64,000 nucleotides of DNA from Pseudomonas sp. (GCA_032105665.1 DAMCQE010000015.1:549-64548); one strand, 5' to 3'; counted from the stretch's first letter, positions 35,347 through 45,491 are shown. Numbers and translations: made by a program. The notes: generated by a model not told the origin, from the letters alone.

Positions 35347-35512
35347 GTCGCCGTCCGTCTAAACGCTAGTCGGTCTACACCGATAGGGCGATAGCCGGGT
35401 GGCACCACCGGGCAAACAATCGGCGCGTTCAGGGGAGCGGTAATGGTGAGGGAGGCGCCAGACAAGGCCAGCATGATGTCGGCCAACAACAATATTCAAA
35501 GGAGTGTCCCGC

Positions 35513-36541
35513 ATGTTCGCGCATAAACCGATTATCGCCTGTTTCCTGCTCGGCTCGTTGCCGGGCTTGGCCTCGGCACAGGCCGTAACCACCCAGACCG
35601 GAAATGATAACGAGGTCATCCTCGAGCAGCGTGGGGGCTCGAATTCGGCCTTATTGCTGCAGCAAGGGGATGCGAACTTCTCGCGAGTAGAGCAGGGCGG
35701 CGGCGAAACCCCGCTGCAGCCCACGCAGTTGGAGCTCCACCAGCGGGGGATGGGCAACCAGGCGACGGTGTATCAGGCAAGCGATTATAACTTCGGGCAT
35801 TCGGCGGCGGTCGTACAGCTGGGAGATGAGAATGTCGCCGAAGTCGTGCAGGCCGACGGTAACGGCTCCCAAGCGACCATCCACCAGCAGGGCGCACGCA
35901 ACATCCATCGGGTCCAGCAGCTGTTCTATGCCAACGGGCTGGAAAGCCGCACATTCGGCACGAACAATCTCACCGAAGTCACTCAGACCGGTGCTGCGAC
36001 CGCCACTACCCAGCAGATCGGCAGCGACAACCGGATCACCATCGACCAGAACGTGTTCGCCTATGGCGGGGGAGTCACCGTTGATCAGGACGGCGCCTTC
36101 AACGAGGCAGCGGTTACCCAGGTGGGCGGCCGTTACTACACGGGGGAGGTCAACCTGGCGCAGGTCGGCAGCGCTAACAGTGCGCAAGTGGTGCAATGGG
36201 CGGGGTTCAGCAACCTAACCTTTAGCCAGAACGGAATCGGCAACGAGCTGACGGCGAGGCAGGGCACGCGCACCGGAACGATTCGAGGGACCTCGGCCGG
36301 CAACGACAATCGCGTCAACATTGACCAGAGTTTCGACGGCCCGGTGCTCGACATCGCGCAGAACGGTTCGGCCAACGAGATCGATGTGGTGCAACATGCC
36401 GCCTATGGCACCGCTTCGATCAGCCAGACCGGCGATGCCAACGTCGCCGTGCTCAATCAACTGACGGAATTCGCCGCGCCGCCGAGCGCCGCCATCATCC
36501 AGAACGGCACTGGCAACAGCACGTCCATAACCCAGCGCTGA
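35513..36541 (+). CDS. Curlin-repeat (CsgA/CsgB-like) secreted protein
   Basis: Signal peptide followed by 13 QxGxxN motifs plus 2 variants, in roughly 22-24 aa repeats with N-x-A-x-I/V-x-Q; AAGGAG RBS. Confidence 0.8.
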   Translation: MFAHKPIIACFLLGSLPGLASAQAVTTQTGNDNEVILEQRGGSNSALLLQQGDANFSRVEQGGGETPLQPTQLELHQRGMGNQATVYQASDYNFGHSAAVVQLGDENVAEVVQADGNGSQATIHQQGARNIHRVQQLFYANGLESRTFGTNNLTEVTQTGAATATTQQIGSDNRITIDQNVFAYGGGVTVDQDGAFNEAAVTQVGGRYYTGEVNLAQVGSANSAQVVQWAGFSNLTFSQNGIGNELTARQGTRTGTIRGTSAGNDNRVNIDQSFDGPVLDIAQNGSANEIDVVQHAAYGTASISQTGDANVAVLNQLTEFAAPPSAAIIQNGTGNSTSITQR

Positions 36542-36552
36542 GCCGCGCTGAT

Positions 36553-36571
36553 GCGGCCGTCAGACGGCCGC
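36553..36571. terminator. Hairpin between the convergent curlin and DUF1615 genes
   Basis: GCGGCCGT-CAG-ACGGCCGC; no clear U-tract. Confidence 0.35.
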
Positions 36572-36683
36572 GCTACGTTCCGCAAGATCGGTTGCCGTAG
36601 CGTTCGTTATGCGCGCTACGGCCTGGGCCAGTGACAATTTCAGTGTGGTGCCATGCAGCAGTCGCCGGCCATGCAGGCTTTCG

Positions 36684-37817
36684 CTAGTTGCGGGCGCGCT
36701 TCATGCACGCGAGGTGGCGGTCATTGACCCGGTTGGCGAACCAGGCGGTAGTCAGGTTGCGGGTGATCTTCGGGCTTTCCAGCCGGATTCCCGGCAGCAC
36801 CGCCCAAGGCAACGGCTTACCCGCGCGCTTTTCGGCCAGTGCGAAGACCTTTTCATAGAGGTCGGTTTTCTCGAAACCATGGGTGTCACCGCGCTCCAGT
36901 GCGTTGCGAATCGCCGTATCGCTCATTTCCAGCTTGCCCGCCAGCGCGCGAACTGCACGCTCGGTCTGGCCAGCCTTGCTGCTGCCGTGAATGATCAGGT
37001 CGCCGTCGAGAGCCAGCTTAATGCCACTTGCACGGCTCACCGCGGCCTGAAACGCGGCGTTGCGACTGGCGTACCAGCCGGCATTGAAGTCGGCGAAGCG
37101 GTACAGCGGCTCGCGATAGCTGGTCGGGTAGTCGAGCAGGTGGGCGATGCCGAAATACATGCCACCGCGGCGCGTGAAGACTTCGTCGCGGATCGAGCCT
37201 TCCCGTTCATAGGGGTAGGTCCATCTGCGGTCTTCGGCAAAGGCGATGCTGACCTGCATCGGGCCGCCGGTCTTGACCGGGTTGAGCGTGCCGAACAGTT
37301 GCTTGCCGAGCGGCATGATGCTGAGGAAGTCATCGAAGATCGCGCTCAGCTGCTCTTCGGTGCGCACGGCCGCGAGACGCTGGCTATAGGTCTTGCCGTT
37401 GGGTGACTTCACGTCCAGCGCCGCATCCACCACGAAACGCGGGACGTGCAGGCGGCCGGCACGACGGTAGATTTCCTCTCGCGCGATCTTCGCCAGGCCG
37501 GGCACGGGCGGGGTCGCCTGGAATGTCGACTCCTGCACCGTCACGGCCAGTACCGAGCAGATGTTCTCATCGTTCGGCGGGATATCCAGCGCATCGAAGG
37601 CTGTGTAGATGTCCTGAGCCCAACCCCGACGATCGGGGATGTTGGCGGGGATCAGGCGAGCGATCCTGGCCCGGACTTCTTCCGGCTTGGGCGCCGGAGT
37701 CGCCGGCTGCTGGGTTCCACAACCGGCAAGACCGAGCAACGCCGCTGCGACGATTGCTGCCAGTAAAGGGCGGGTGTTGCCAGGAACTGGTCGGGTAGCG
37801 GCAGGGATGCATACCAT
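36684..37817 (-). CDS. DUF1615 (YaiW-like) lipoprotein
   Basis: Lipobox LAGC; TGGPMQVSIAFAE, FADFNAGWYASRNAAFQ and LESPKITRNLTTAWFA. Start uncertain (37817 or 37844). Confidence 0.8.
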   Translation of the reverse strand: MVCIPAATRPVPGNTRPLLAAIVAAALLGLAGCGTQQPATPAPKPEEVRARIARLIPANIPDRRGWAQDIYTAFDALDIPPNDENICSVLAVTVQESTFQATPPVPGLAKIAREEIYRRAGRLHVPRFVVDAALDVKSPNGKTYSQRLAAVRTEEQLSAIFDDFLSIMPLGKQLFGTLNPVKTGGPMQVSIAFAEDRRWTYPYEREGSIRDEVFTRRGGMYFGIAHLLDYPTSYREPLYRFADFNAGWYASRNAAFQAAVSRASGIKLALDGDLIIHGSSKAGQTERAVRALAGKLEMSDTAIRNALERGDTHGFEKTDLYEKVFALAEKRAGKPLPWAVLPGIRLESPKITRNLTTAWFANRVNDRHLACMKRARN

Positions 37818-38035
37818 GCGGCAGATTGAAATCGAAATGGTCATGCGGTCCTGAATGTAATGAGCGCCTTGGGCTCGGACAGTAAAGCAGCCGAAACCGT
37901 TCTGCCTCTTTCAGAACTGCGATTCAAAACCGACTGGTTCGCCTGCCGAATCCCGGCGCGCACCTGACCTGCCGCGCACAGCCTGTGCCAGTGCCGCAAG
38001 CGGCGTACGCTTAGCTGTAGCAGCTCGCGCCGGAC

Positions 38036-38272
38036 TCAGAAATCGTGGCAATCCGGGCCCTGGCGCAGGTACGTGGTTTCGTGGGTTTCGCCCTTGGAAT
38101 CCACATAGGTCATCCGGGCGGTCACGACCTCGCAGCCGCCAGCAGGCACGTCCATTGATATGACCTTGGCGATGTCCAGCTTGTCGCCATATTGATAGGC
38201 CTTGGGTTCATCGGCGGCATACGCCAGCTGGGCACTGAGTGCCAGGCCGGCAATCCAGATCAGTTTGTTCAC
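38036..38272 (-). CDS. DUF2790 small secreted protein
   Basis: Signal peptide, YQYGDKLDIAKVIS and CEVVTARMTYVDSKG; GGAGG RBS. Confidence 0.8.
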   Translation of the reverse strand: MNKLIWIAGLALSAQLAYAADEPKAYQYGDKLDIAKVISMDVPAGGCEVVTARMTYVDSKGETHETTYLRQGPDCHDF

Positions 38273-38558
38273 AGGTAACCTCCAGAGCGCCTGCGGGCCC
38301 AGGTCGATGCGACGGGGGCGACGGCAGGCATTTCTTGCGTGCAGCGCCTGCCGGATGGCAGACGCCGGGAATTAAACGAGGCTGCCACGAGGGAAAGCAG
38401 CCAAAAGGTGGCAGGACGCCCGATCGAAGGAGCGCTCGACCGGCGAAGGAGCGGACTGGCTTCTAGTGTCCGTTGCCACCCGGCGATTTTAGTGAGCGAC
38501 CAGGAGGGGAAAAACCGCGCCAGCGGTGAAGCACCTTTACCCGCCGCGCAACAATCAA

Positions 38559-39494
38559 TCAGGCCCAATGGGCCGGGTCCTGCAGGATGCGGTGATAGTT
38601 GGTGAATGTGCGCGGCAGTTCCAGCGCGAGAAAGTCGACCCAGGTCTTGATCTTCGCGTCGAGAAAACGCCGGGACGGGTAGAGCGCGTGGATCTGCTTT
38701 TCCTGCAGACGATAGCGGGGCAACAGGCGCAGCAGTGCGCCGCGCTGGAGGGCCGGAGCCGCGACATAGTCGGGCAGCAGGCAGATGCCCATGCCGGCCT
38801 CTGCTGCGCTGGCCATGGCTTCAGCCACGTTGACCTTGAACGCTTCGCCAGGGCGAATCACGTCTTCGGCACCGTCTGCGATGAAGTGCCATTCATCCGC
38901 GAAGACCGGGTCCGCCAGGCGCAGACAGCGGTGCTGTTGCAGGTCGCGCGGTTGCTGCGGTACGCCATATTGTTTGAGATAGGCGGGTGCCGCGCACACC
39001 ACATTGCCAACCTCGCCCAGTCTCTGGGCGATCAGCTCGGAATCCGGCAGCTCGCGGGAAAGCGTGATGATGACGTCGAGTCCGGCTTCCAGCAGATCGG
39101 GCTGGTGTTGCGAAAGTGTCAGGTCGAGGCTGACTTCGGGGTAGCGCTCACCGTATCTTCCGGCCAGCCCTGCCAGCAGCTGGATGCCCAGACCCGTCGT
39201 CGAGTGCACGCGCAGGCGCCCGCGCGGGGTCAGATGGGCCCCGCAGGCTTCCTCCTGTGCCTGGTCCAGCTGTGCCAGGATCTCGCGCGATCGTTCGAGA
39301 AAACGTGCGCCGACCTCGGTCAGCGCCAACCGCCGCGTGTTGCGGTTGAGCAGGCGCGCGTGGAGGTGGTTCTCCAGCTCCGCCAGCAGGCGGGAAACCT
39401 GCGCGGTGGACGTGTCGGCCAGCTTCGCCGCGGCGGTGAAGCTGCCGGCGTCGACTACCCGGACGAATACCCGCATCGCTTGCAGCATGTCCAT
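38559..39494 (-). CDS. LysR-family regulator
   Basis: HTH (GSFTAAA..LENHLHARLLNRNTR); lies downstream of the efflux operon. Confidence 0.92.
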   Translation of the reverse strand: MDMLQAMRVFVRVVDAGSFTAAAKLADTSTAQVSRLLAELENHLHARLLNRNTRRLALTEVGARFLERSREILAQLDQAQEEACGAHLTPRGRLRVHSTTGLGIQLLAGLAGRYGERYPEVSLDLTLSQHQPDLLEAGLDVIITLSRELPDSELIAQRLGEVGNVVCAAPAYLKQYGVPQQPRDLQQHRCLRLADPVFADEWHFIADGAEDVIRPGEAFKVNVAEAMASAAEAGMGICLLPDYVAAPALQRGALLRLLPRYRLQEKQIHALYPSRRFLDAKIKTWVDFLALELPRTFTNYHRILQDPAHWA

Positions 39495-39513
39495 CGAGTA
39501 AGGCCTCTCTGGG

Positions 39514-40986
39514 TTATTGGCCAGGCACGCCCGGCGATGGATTTTCAGCGTGCGCCGATGCGGTTGGCGTGCCTTGCCAGCCGCCGCCCAGCGCGAGGAA
39601 CAGGTTCACCTGGTCTTGCGACAGTTGGGCTTGGGACGCCGCCAGGGCAGCTTCGGCCGTTGCGAGGGTGCGCTCGGCGTCGAGGCTGTCGAGATAGGCC
39701 AGTCGTCCTTCCTGGTACAACCGGCGCGTGTGGTCCGCGGCGTCTTGCGCGGCATCGCGCGCTTCGCGCAGCGCTTGGTCACGATGCAGGTCGTGAGCGT
39801 AGTGCGTGAGCAGGGTCTGGGTTTCCCGCAGTGCGTCGAGCACAACTCCGTCGAAGCGGGCGAGGGCGGCAGCGGCTCCGGCCTCGGTGGCGCGCACCCG
39901 CGCGTGATCGACTCGTGTCGGAAAATGCCAGCTGATCGACGGGCCGAATTCCCAGCGGCGGGTTATCGGATTACCGAGGTGTTCGAGCATTCCGGTGTAA
40001 CCGGCCGCAGCGCCGAGACTGACCTGCGGATACATCATCGCCGTGGCGACGCCGATCTGTGCCGTAGCGGAGGCGAGTGCGCGCTCGGCCGCACGGATGT
40101 CCGGGCGGCGCTTGAGCAGGGCGGTGCCATCACCCAACGGAATCGCCTGGCGCAGCTGAGGTGCGTGACTGCAGGCGGTAACCGTCTCGGGAAGGGCTCC
40201 GGGCGTGCGGCCAAGCAGGGCTGCGAGCTGATACAACGCGGCCGCCTTCTTCGATTCGAATGGCGGCAGCTCGGCACGCAGAGCCTCCAGCTGGGCGTGG
40301 GCGCGAGACACATCGACTTCGTTGCCACGACCACCTTCGAACAGGCGCTCGGCGACATCCAGCTGTCGCAGCTGAATCGCCAGTGAATGCTCCGCTATCG
40401 TCAGCTCCTCACTGGCGTGACAGGCCGTCATGTAGCTGCGTACTACCCCGGCCACGGCAGTTATGCGGGCCGTGTCGAGCAGCGCCGCACTGGCGTCGGC
40501 ATCGGCCCCCGCAGCTTCCGCGGCGCGATGCAGCTGACCGAACAGATCGAGCTGGTAACCCACGCTGAGGCCGGCGTCGGCGAGGTTCATCACCGGAAGT
40601 TTTTCCTCCAGGGCGAGGGCTTCGCTGGACAGCTGGCCGCGTGCAACCGAGCCGTTGCCGCCGACCACGATCTCCTGCGCGTGGTGTGCCATCTGGAAGC
40701 CCTCATAGGCGCGACGCAGGTTGTGATACGCCTGGCGCACGTCGGCATTGCCGATCAGGGCTTCACTCACCAGCCGATCGAGCGTCGGGTCGTCATAGAG
40801 CTGCCACCAGTCGTCCGGCAGCGGCGCCTGTTCGACCCGCTCGTTGCCGGCCAGATCGAAGGGTTTCTGCGCAGCGGCCTGCAAGGCCACGGCTTGGCCT
40901 GGCACGCGGTAGTCCGGGCCCACCGCGCTGCATGCGGCGAGCAGCGCAGTCAGCGCGAACGGCAGCATGTATGCCGCGCGACTCAT
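39514..40986 (-). CDS. Efflux outer-membrane lipoprotein (NodT/OprM family)
   Basis: Lipobox LAAC-SAVGPDY, WWQLYDDPTL, RRPDIRAAE and LFLALGGGW. Start 40986 overlaps the upstream stop. Confidence 0.9.
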   Translation of the reverse strand: MSRAAYMLPFALTALLAACSAVGPDYRVPGQAVALQAAAQKPFDLAGNERVEQAPLPDDWWQLYDDPTLDRLVSEALIGNADVRQAYHNLRRAYEGFQMAHHAQEIVVGGNGSVARGQLSSEALALEEKLPVMNLADAGLSVGYQLDLFGQLHRAAEAAGADADASAALLDTARITAVAGVVRSYMTACHASEELTIAEHSLAIQLRQLDVAERLFEGGRGNEVDVSRAHAQLEALRAELPPFESKKAAALYQLAALLGRTPGALPETVTACSHAPQLRQAIPLGDGTALLKRRPDIRAAERALASATAQIGVATAMMYPQVSLGAAAGYTGMLEHLGNPITRRWEFGPSISWHFPTRVDHARVRATEAGAAAALARFDGVVLDALRETQTLLTHYAHDLHRDQALREARDAAQDAADHTRRLYQEGRLAYLDSLDAERTLATAEAALAASQAQLSQDQVNLFLALGGGWQGTPTASAHAENPSPGVPGQ

Positions 40987-41882
40987 TGGCTGACCGTCGC
41001 CGATGTGTCGCGCGACCACGGCAGCACGGACAGCGTCGCCGTACGGCCGACCACCAGGCGGATGTCGCTCTGCTGGCCGTCGTCCAGCACAACGCGAACC
41101 GGAATTCGCTGCGCCAGGCGCACCCAGTTGAAGCTCGGGTCGATATTCGGCAGCAGCGAATTGCCGCGCACACGGTCGCGATCCTCGATCCCTGCGGCGA
41201 TGCTCTGCACATGGCCACGCAGATGCTGCGCTTCGCCCATGATGTGGATGTCCACCGGCTGCCCGATCTCGATGGCGTGCAGCTTGGTTTCTTCGAAGTA
41301 GCCTTCGACGCGCAATGAATCGGTATCGACGATCGACAGCACCGGTGTACCGGTTTTCACGTAATCGCCCACGCGCATCGTCTGGTCGCCGAGATAGCCA
41401 TCCACCGGGCTGAGCACGGTGGTGCGTTCGAGATCCAGACGCGCCACGCCGAGGGCGGCCTCAGCCGTGGCCAGGGCGGCAGCGGCGCGCTTGACCTGGG
41501 TGTCGCCGATCTCGACGGTTTCCGCGGCGATCAGGTCTTTCAGCACCCGATTACGCCTGGCTTCGCGTTGCGCCTGGTCCAGCTGCGCGCGGCGTTCGAG
41601 CACTGTGGCGCGGGCTTCGTCGACCGCCAGTTCGAAGCGTGCCCGGTCGATCACGAACAGCACCTGGCCGCGGCTGACCTTCTGGTTGTCGCGCACGTGC
41701 AGTTCGGTCACCAGCCCGGAAACATCCGGTGCGACCTGAATGATGTCGGCGTGCACGTGGCCGTCGCGGGTCCAGGGTGCCTCCATGTAGTAGTCCCACA
41801 GGTGCAGGCTGACGACGACGGCGATGACGACCGCCAGCAGGGTCAGCAGCACCGAGCCGGCGGCGGGTATCCATTTCTTCAC
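40983..41882 (-). CDS. HlyD-family membrane fusion protein (AaeA-like)
   Basis: PWTRDG, VAPDVSG, GYFEETKL and FNWVRLAQRIPVR. Confidence 0.9.
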   Translation of the reverse strand: MKKWIPAAGSVLLTLLAVVIAVVVSLHLWDYYMEAPWTRDGHVHADIIQVAPDVSGLVTELHVRDNQKVSRGQVLFVIDRARFELAVDEARATVLERRAQLDQAQREARRNRVLKDLIAAETVEIGDTQVKRAAAALATAEAALGVARLDLERTTVLSPVDGYLGDQTMRVGDYVKTGTPVLSIVDTDSLRVEGYFEETKLHAIEIGQPVDIHIMGEAQHLRGHVQSIAAGIEDRDRVRGNSLLPNIDPSFNWVRLAQRIPVRVVLDDGQQSDIRLVVGRTATLSVLPWSRDTSATVSQ

Positions 41883-41885
41883 GAT

Positions 41886-42089
41886 TCACATCCGGGGAAG
41901 GAGATTGAACAGGGCCCCGAGCACGATGATGTACAGGGCGAGGTTGAACAGCGGCGGATGCCAGACCCAGCGGTAGAAGCCTGTACGCTGCAGCACGGTG
42001 GCGAGCAGGCTCTTGATGCCATAGGCGGCCAGCATGGCAACCAGCAGGACCGGCACATAGACGCCGTACACATCGAGGTGACCGGTCAT
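41886..42089 (-). CDS. DUF1656 / AaeX-like small membrane protein
   Basis: GVYVP...YRWVWHPPLFNLALY. Confidence 0.85.
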   Translation of the reverse strand: MTGHLDVYGVYVPVLLVAMLAAYGIKSLLATVLQRTGFYRWVWHPPLFNLALYIIVLGALFNLLPRM

Positions 42090-44152
42090 GCGTGCGCTCC
42101 AGCGGGGGAGAGGCCGGCTGCGGGTGGCGGGCCTCCCGGTGCGGCACGCACGCTGGCCGATGCGTCGGCGAAAAGCGCCAGCCGCAAGCCGTGCACCACC
42201 TGCGCCGCCTGGTGTGCGATAGGCGAAGCATCGCGCTGCAGATCCTGCAATGCGGCCTCGAGGGCGTCGTGTAAAGGCTCCGGTGCCGGCAGTTGGCTAC
42301 GCGCGGTGGCGCACGCAAGGAAATGCGCGCGGATCATGCCCAGCACCGGCTCCAGCTTCTGCTCAATGGCGGGTGCCGGCCGCAGTTCAAGCAGTTCCAG
42401 CAGGCGAAAACCGACGCGCAGCTCGCGCGTGGCGTCGTTCAGCGCCAGGCGATCGTCATCCAGCTGAGCCAGGCGTGGCAGCAGCTGGGCGATACGGTCG
42501 ATGAAACTCGAGGCATCATCGGCTTCGTTGCGCCAACGTCGCAGGTCTGCCAGCGCCGCCAGGCTCAGCCAGCCGTGGCGTACCAATCGCCGCGCAGCCC
42601 AGAGCGTACCGAACGGCCGGGTCAGGCGGGCCCAGACGAAGGCGAAGAGCACGCCCAGCGCAGTGGACAGAGCGATGTCGGCAAACAGCTGGAAATCGGC
42701 GCGGTAGCTGCCCTGAAGGGTGATGTTGGAGATCGTCTGCACCGCAATCACGATCACTGTCCCGGCGTGTTGCGGTCGACCGGCGAGGGTGCCGAGCAAC
42801 AGCAGCGGCACGGCGAGCAGGATGGCCAGGCTGCCGAAATCGTGCACGTTGGGCATCAACGCGAAGAGGTAGACACCGGCAGCCGTGGAGGAAATTAGCG
42901 TGGCGACCAGAAACGACTTGATGAACGGCGCCGGATTGTCCTGACTGGCGAAGAAACAGCCTGCCACCGCGGCGATGAACACGCCGCTATAGCCGTGCTC
43001 CCAACCCGAAACGAACCACAGCATGCTCAGGCAGAACACCGACAGCGCTACCGAAGCCGCGGTGAATGCCAGTAGGCCGTAGTCATAGTGGCGTGGCCCG
43101 CCGACCAGTTGCTGTACGTGATAGCGCAGCGCCGGTGCCGCCTCGGGATGGCCCTCATGGAACGGCTGGTAGAGGTCGAGGCAATCCTGCCACAGGTCGA
43201 TCAACGCGCGTAGCTGGCGCAGGCCGCTGTCGATCGCCAGGGCATGCGTCGGATGGCTGTCGCCCAGCCAGGCTGCCAGCTGCAGGCTGCGGTCGCGCAA
43301 ATGCTCGCCGTGCCCAACCTCGGCATCGGACTGAATCCAGCGATCCACCTCCTGCAGGTAATCCACCAGTTCCGGCAGCAAGCCCTGTAGCTCAGCCTGA
43401 AGCCGGTGCAGCGAGTCCGCGGTGGAGATCAGCTGCGGCATCAACATCGCCATACGCGCGCGAAATTCGCGAGCATGAACGGTGGAGAGATGACTGCCGC
43501 TGTCGTGGCTCAGATGGCTGATCATCGCGTCCAACCCCATTACATCCACCAGCAGCGCATTCAGCGCACGCTGGTCGACTTCGCCCAGGTGCTGGGTATT
43601 GAGCATCCGACTGACGGCACCGCGCCCATCTCGCAACAGCAGGTGCATCTTCGCCGCGAGAGTCGGCGCGATGCGGCTGGGAAACAGCACGGCGTTCACC
43701 ACGCTGGCGCAGACGATACCGAGCAGAATTTCCTCGGAACGCGCCAGGGCGACATCGAAGATGGTCGCTGGGTGATTGACCTCGGCGAGACTGATCAGCG
43801 GCACCGTATAGGCGGCGAGTAGAAAGATGTAGCTGCGTGGCGAGCGGTCCAGCAATGAGAGAAAGAGCAGGGCGCCAATCCACAGCGAGATCGTCAGGCT
43901 GAGCATCACCGGTTGCTGAGCGAACGTTGGCAGAAGCACGACCGATGCGGCTGCACCGAGCAGCGTGCCCAGCGCGCGATAGATCGCCTTTGAACGTGTC
44001 GCCCCGGACAACGGATGCGACACGACGTAAACCGAGGCCATGGCCCAGTAAGGGTTTTCCAGCGGTATCGCCAGAGCGATGTACAGCGCAAGCAAGGCGG
44101 CAATCAGCGCCTTGGCCGAAAACAGCCATTCGCGCCAGGTTGGCATATTCAT
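42086..44152 (-). CDS. FUSC family inner-membrane efflux protein (AaeB/FusC-like)
   Basis: PYWAMASVYVVSHP, SKAIYRALGTLLG and multiple TM segments. Confidence 0.9.
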   Translation of the reverse strand: MNMPTWREWLFSAKALIAALLALYIALAIPLENPYWAMASVYVVSHPLSGATRSKAIYRALGTLLGAAASVVLLPTFAQQPVMLSLTISLWIGALLFLSLLDRSPRSYIFLLAAYTVPLISLAEVNHPATIFDVALARSEEILLGIVCASVVNAVLFPSRIAPTLAAKMHLLLRDGRGAVSRMLNTQHLGEVDQRALNALLVDVMGLDAMISHLSHDSGSHLSTVHAREFRARMAMLMPQLISTADSLHRLQAELQGLLPELVDYLQEVDRWIQSDAEVGHGEHLRDRSLQLAAWLGDSHPTHALAIDSGLRQLRALIDLWQDCLDLYQPFHEGHPEAAPALRYHVQQLVGGPRHYDYGLLAFTAASVALSVFCLSMLWFVSGWEHGYSGVFIAAVAGCFFASQDNPAPFIKSFLVATLISSTAAGVYLFALMPNVHDFGSLAILLAVPLLLLGTLAGRPQHAGTVIVIAVQTISNITLQGSYRADFQLFADIALSTALGVLFAFVWARLTRPFGTLWAARRLVRHGWLSLAALADLRRWRNEADDASSFIDRIAQLLPRLAQLDDDRLALNDATRELRVGFRLLELLELRPAPAIEQKLEPVLGMIRAHFLACATARSQLPAPEPLHDALEAALQDLQRDASPIAHQAAQVVHGLRLALFADASASVRAAPGGPPPAAGLSPAGAHA

Positions 44153-44315
44153 AGAGTTCGTTTTTGGGGCGTGGGCCAGAGGCGGGAGAGGGCGCGGCCG
44201 TCACGCTGCAACACAGATGGTTACATTTAACGTCAAAGACGTATGACAGACTGAACAACCACTAGGACGATTAGTGCATTTTTCGCGCCGGATACCGGCA
44301 CCACGGCAGAAATTC

Positions 44316-45251
44316 ATGAGCAAACGCATTCCCAACTACGCCTTGTACGGCCAGGCTGCATTGCCCGTATGGCAGGACCTGTTGCATCTGGAATGGATCA
44401 ACGAACGCGGCGACATGCATCAGCGCGAAATCAAGCCGCATCAGCATGACTCACTGTTGCAGATCGTCTATGTACGAAGTGGCGAGGGCGAAGTTTTCCT
44501 GGAGAACAGCCGAATGGGCTTCCGTGCGCCGTGCCTGATCCTGCTGCCGCAGCGCACCGTGCATGCCTTTCGCTACAGTCCCGAAACCGACGGGCCGGTC
44601 ATCACGGCAGCACAGCGACCGCTGGAGTCGATGGCGCGGATTTTGTCCAGTGACCTGCTGGCCTTGATGCAACGTCCGGCAGTGGTGCCGCTGCCGTGGG
44701 ATGCAGACGGCGAAGAGCCGATATGGCCGCTGATCCAGCTGATCCAGGCGGAAGCGCACGGTCAGGAACGCGGCAATGTCGCCGCGGGGCACGCATTGTT
44801 GCTCGCGTTACTCGTACATGTCGTCCGGCTGGAACAGCCAGTGCCGAGCGGTCGCCCAGCCAATAGCAGGCGGTCCCAGCTGCTGATTCAGTTTCGCGAG
44901 TTGGTCGACACGCATTTCAGACAGCATTGGCCGCTTGGTCTGTACGCCGAAGCGCTGGGAATCACGCCAGCCACACTGGGCCGAGCCACCCGCGAAGGTC
45001 TGGGTGAATCACCGACAGCGATCATCAGCGAGCGAGTCGTTCGCGAAGCACAACGTCAGCTGGCGTATACCACGCTCGATATCCAGCAGATCGCCCGCGA
45101 CCTGGGGTTCGACGACGCGGCATACTTCAGCCGTTTCTTTCGCAAGCAGACCGGACTCAAACCCAGCGAATTTCGCTCGGCGTTTCGGAATGCGGAAACT
45201 AATCAGCCGAACAGCCAGCATACGCAGGCAAAGGATTCACCTGAGAGCTGA
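44316..45251 (+). CDS. AraC-family regulator with cupin domain (PobR/HpaA-like)
   Basis: IPNYALYG, cupin PHQH, and C-terminal LGFDDAAYFSRFFRK; divergent from the efflux operon. Confidence 0.88.
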   Translation: MSKRIPNYALYGQAALPVWQDLLHLEWINERGDMHQREIKPHQHDSLLQIVYVRSGEGEVFLENSRMGFRAPCLILLPQRTVHAFRYSPETDGPVITAAQRPLESMARILSSDLLALMQRPAVVPLPWDADGEEPIWPLIQLIQAEAHGQERGNVAAGHALLLALLVHVVRLEQPVPSGRPANSRRSQLLIQFRELVDTHFRQHWPLGLYAEALGITPATLGRATREGLGESPTAIISERVVREAQRQLAYTTLDIQQIARDLGFDDAAYFSRFFRKQTGLKPSEFRSAFRNAETNQPNSQHTQAKDSPES

Positions 45252-45324
45252 AGCGCTTTGGAGATATTGAGGCTAAAAGCTGGAGGTGATCTGGTGGTGG
45301 GTAACGCCTAAGGCGCGAGGTCGT

Positions 45325-45352
45325 GTTTCGCATAATCTATATTATGTTAAAT
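45325..45352 (+). other. dif: dif site (XerC/XerD chromosome dimer resolution)
   Basis: GTTTCGCATAA-TCTATA-TTATGTTAAAT: perfect XerD arm, XerC-type arm and 6-bp spacer. KOPS motifs converge on it. Confidence 0.9.
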
Positions 45353-45491
45353 TGCGTTTGTGGTAATGGCCGTGCGTTGCCATCGCCACCTTCTGGTCCT
45401 TTCCCTCTCTGGTATTCGTTTAGCCACGATCAGCACGCGCTCTCTGCCGCGGGATGCTTATACTCGCCACAATTCTGCCAGGAAGTTGAAC

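Noticed and set aside
35513..36541. Repetitive DNA checked as a possible CRISPR array
   Set aside because: The repeats are degenerate protein-level curlin repeats. I saw no identical direct repeats with spacers anywhere in the window.
44225..44251. Inverted dif-like sequence ATTTAACGTCA-AAGAC-GTATGACAGAC that would make araC a dif module
   Set aside because: The XerD arm matches 9/11 and the XerC arm 7/11, with only a 5-bp spacer. It is better explained as an operator (ACGTC-AAA-GACGT) in the divergent promoter.
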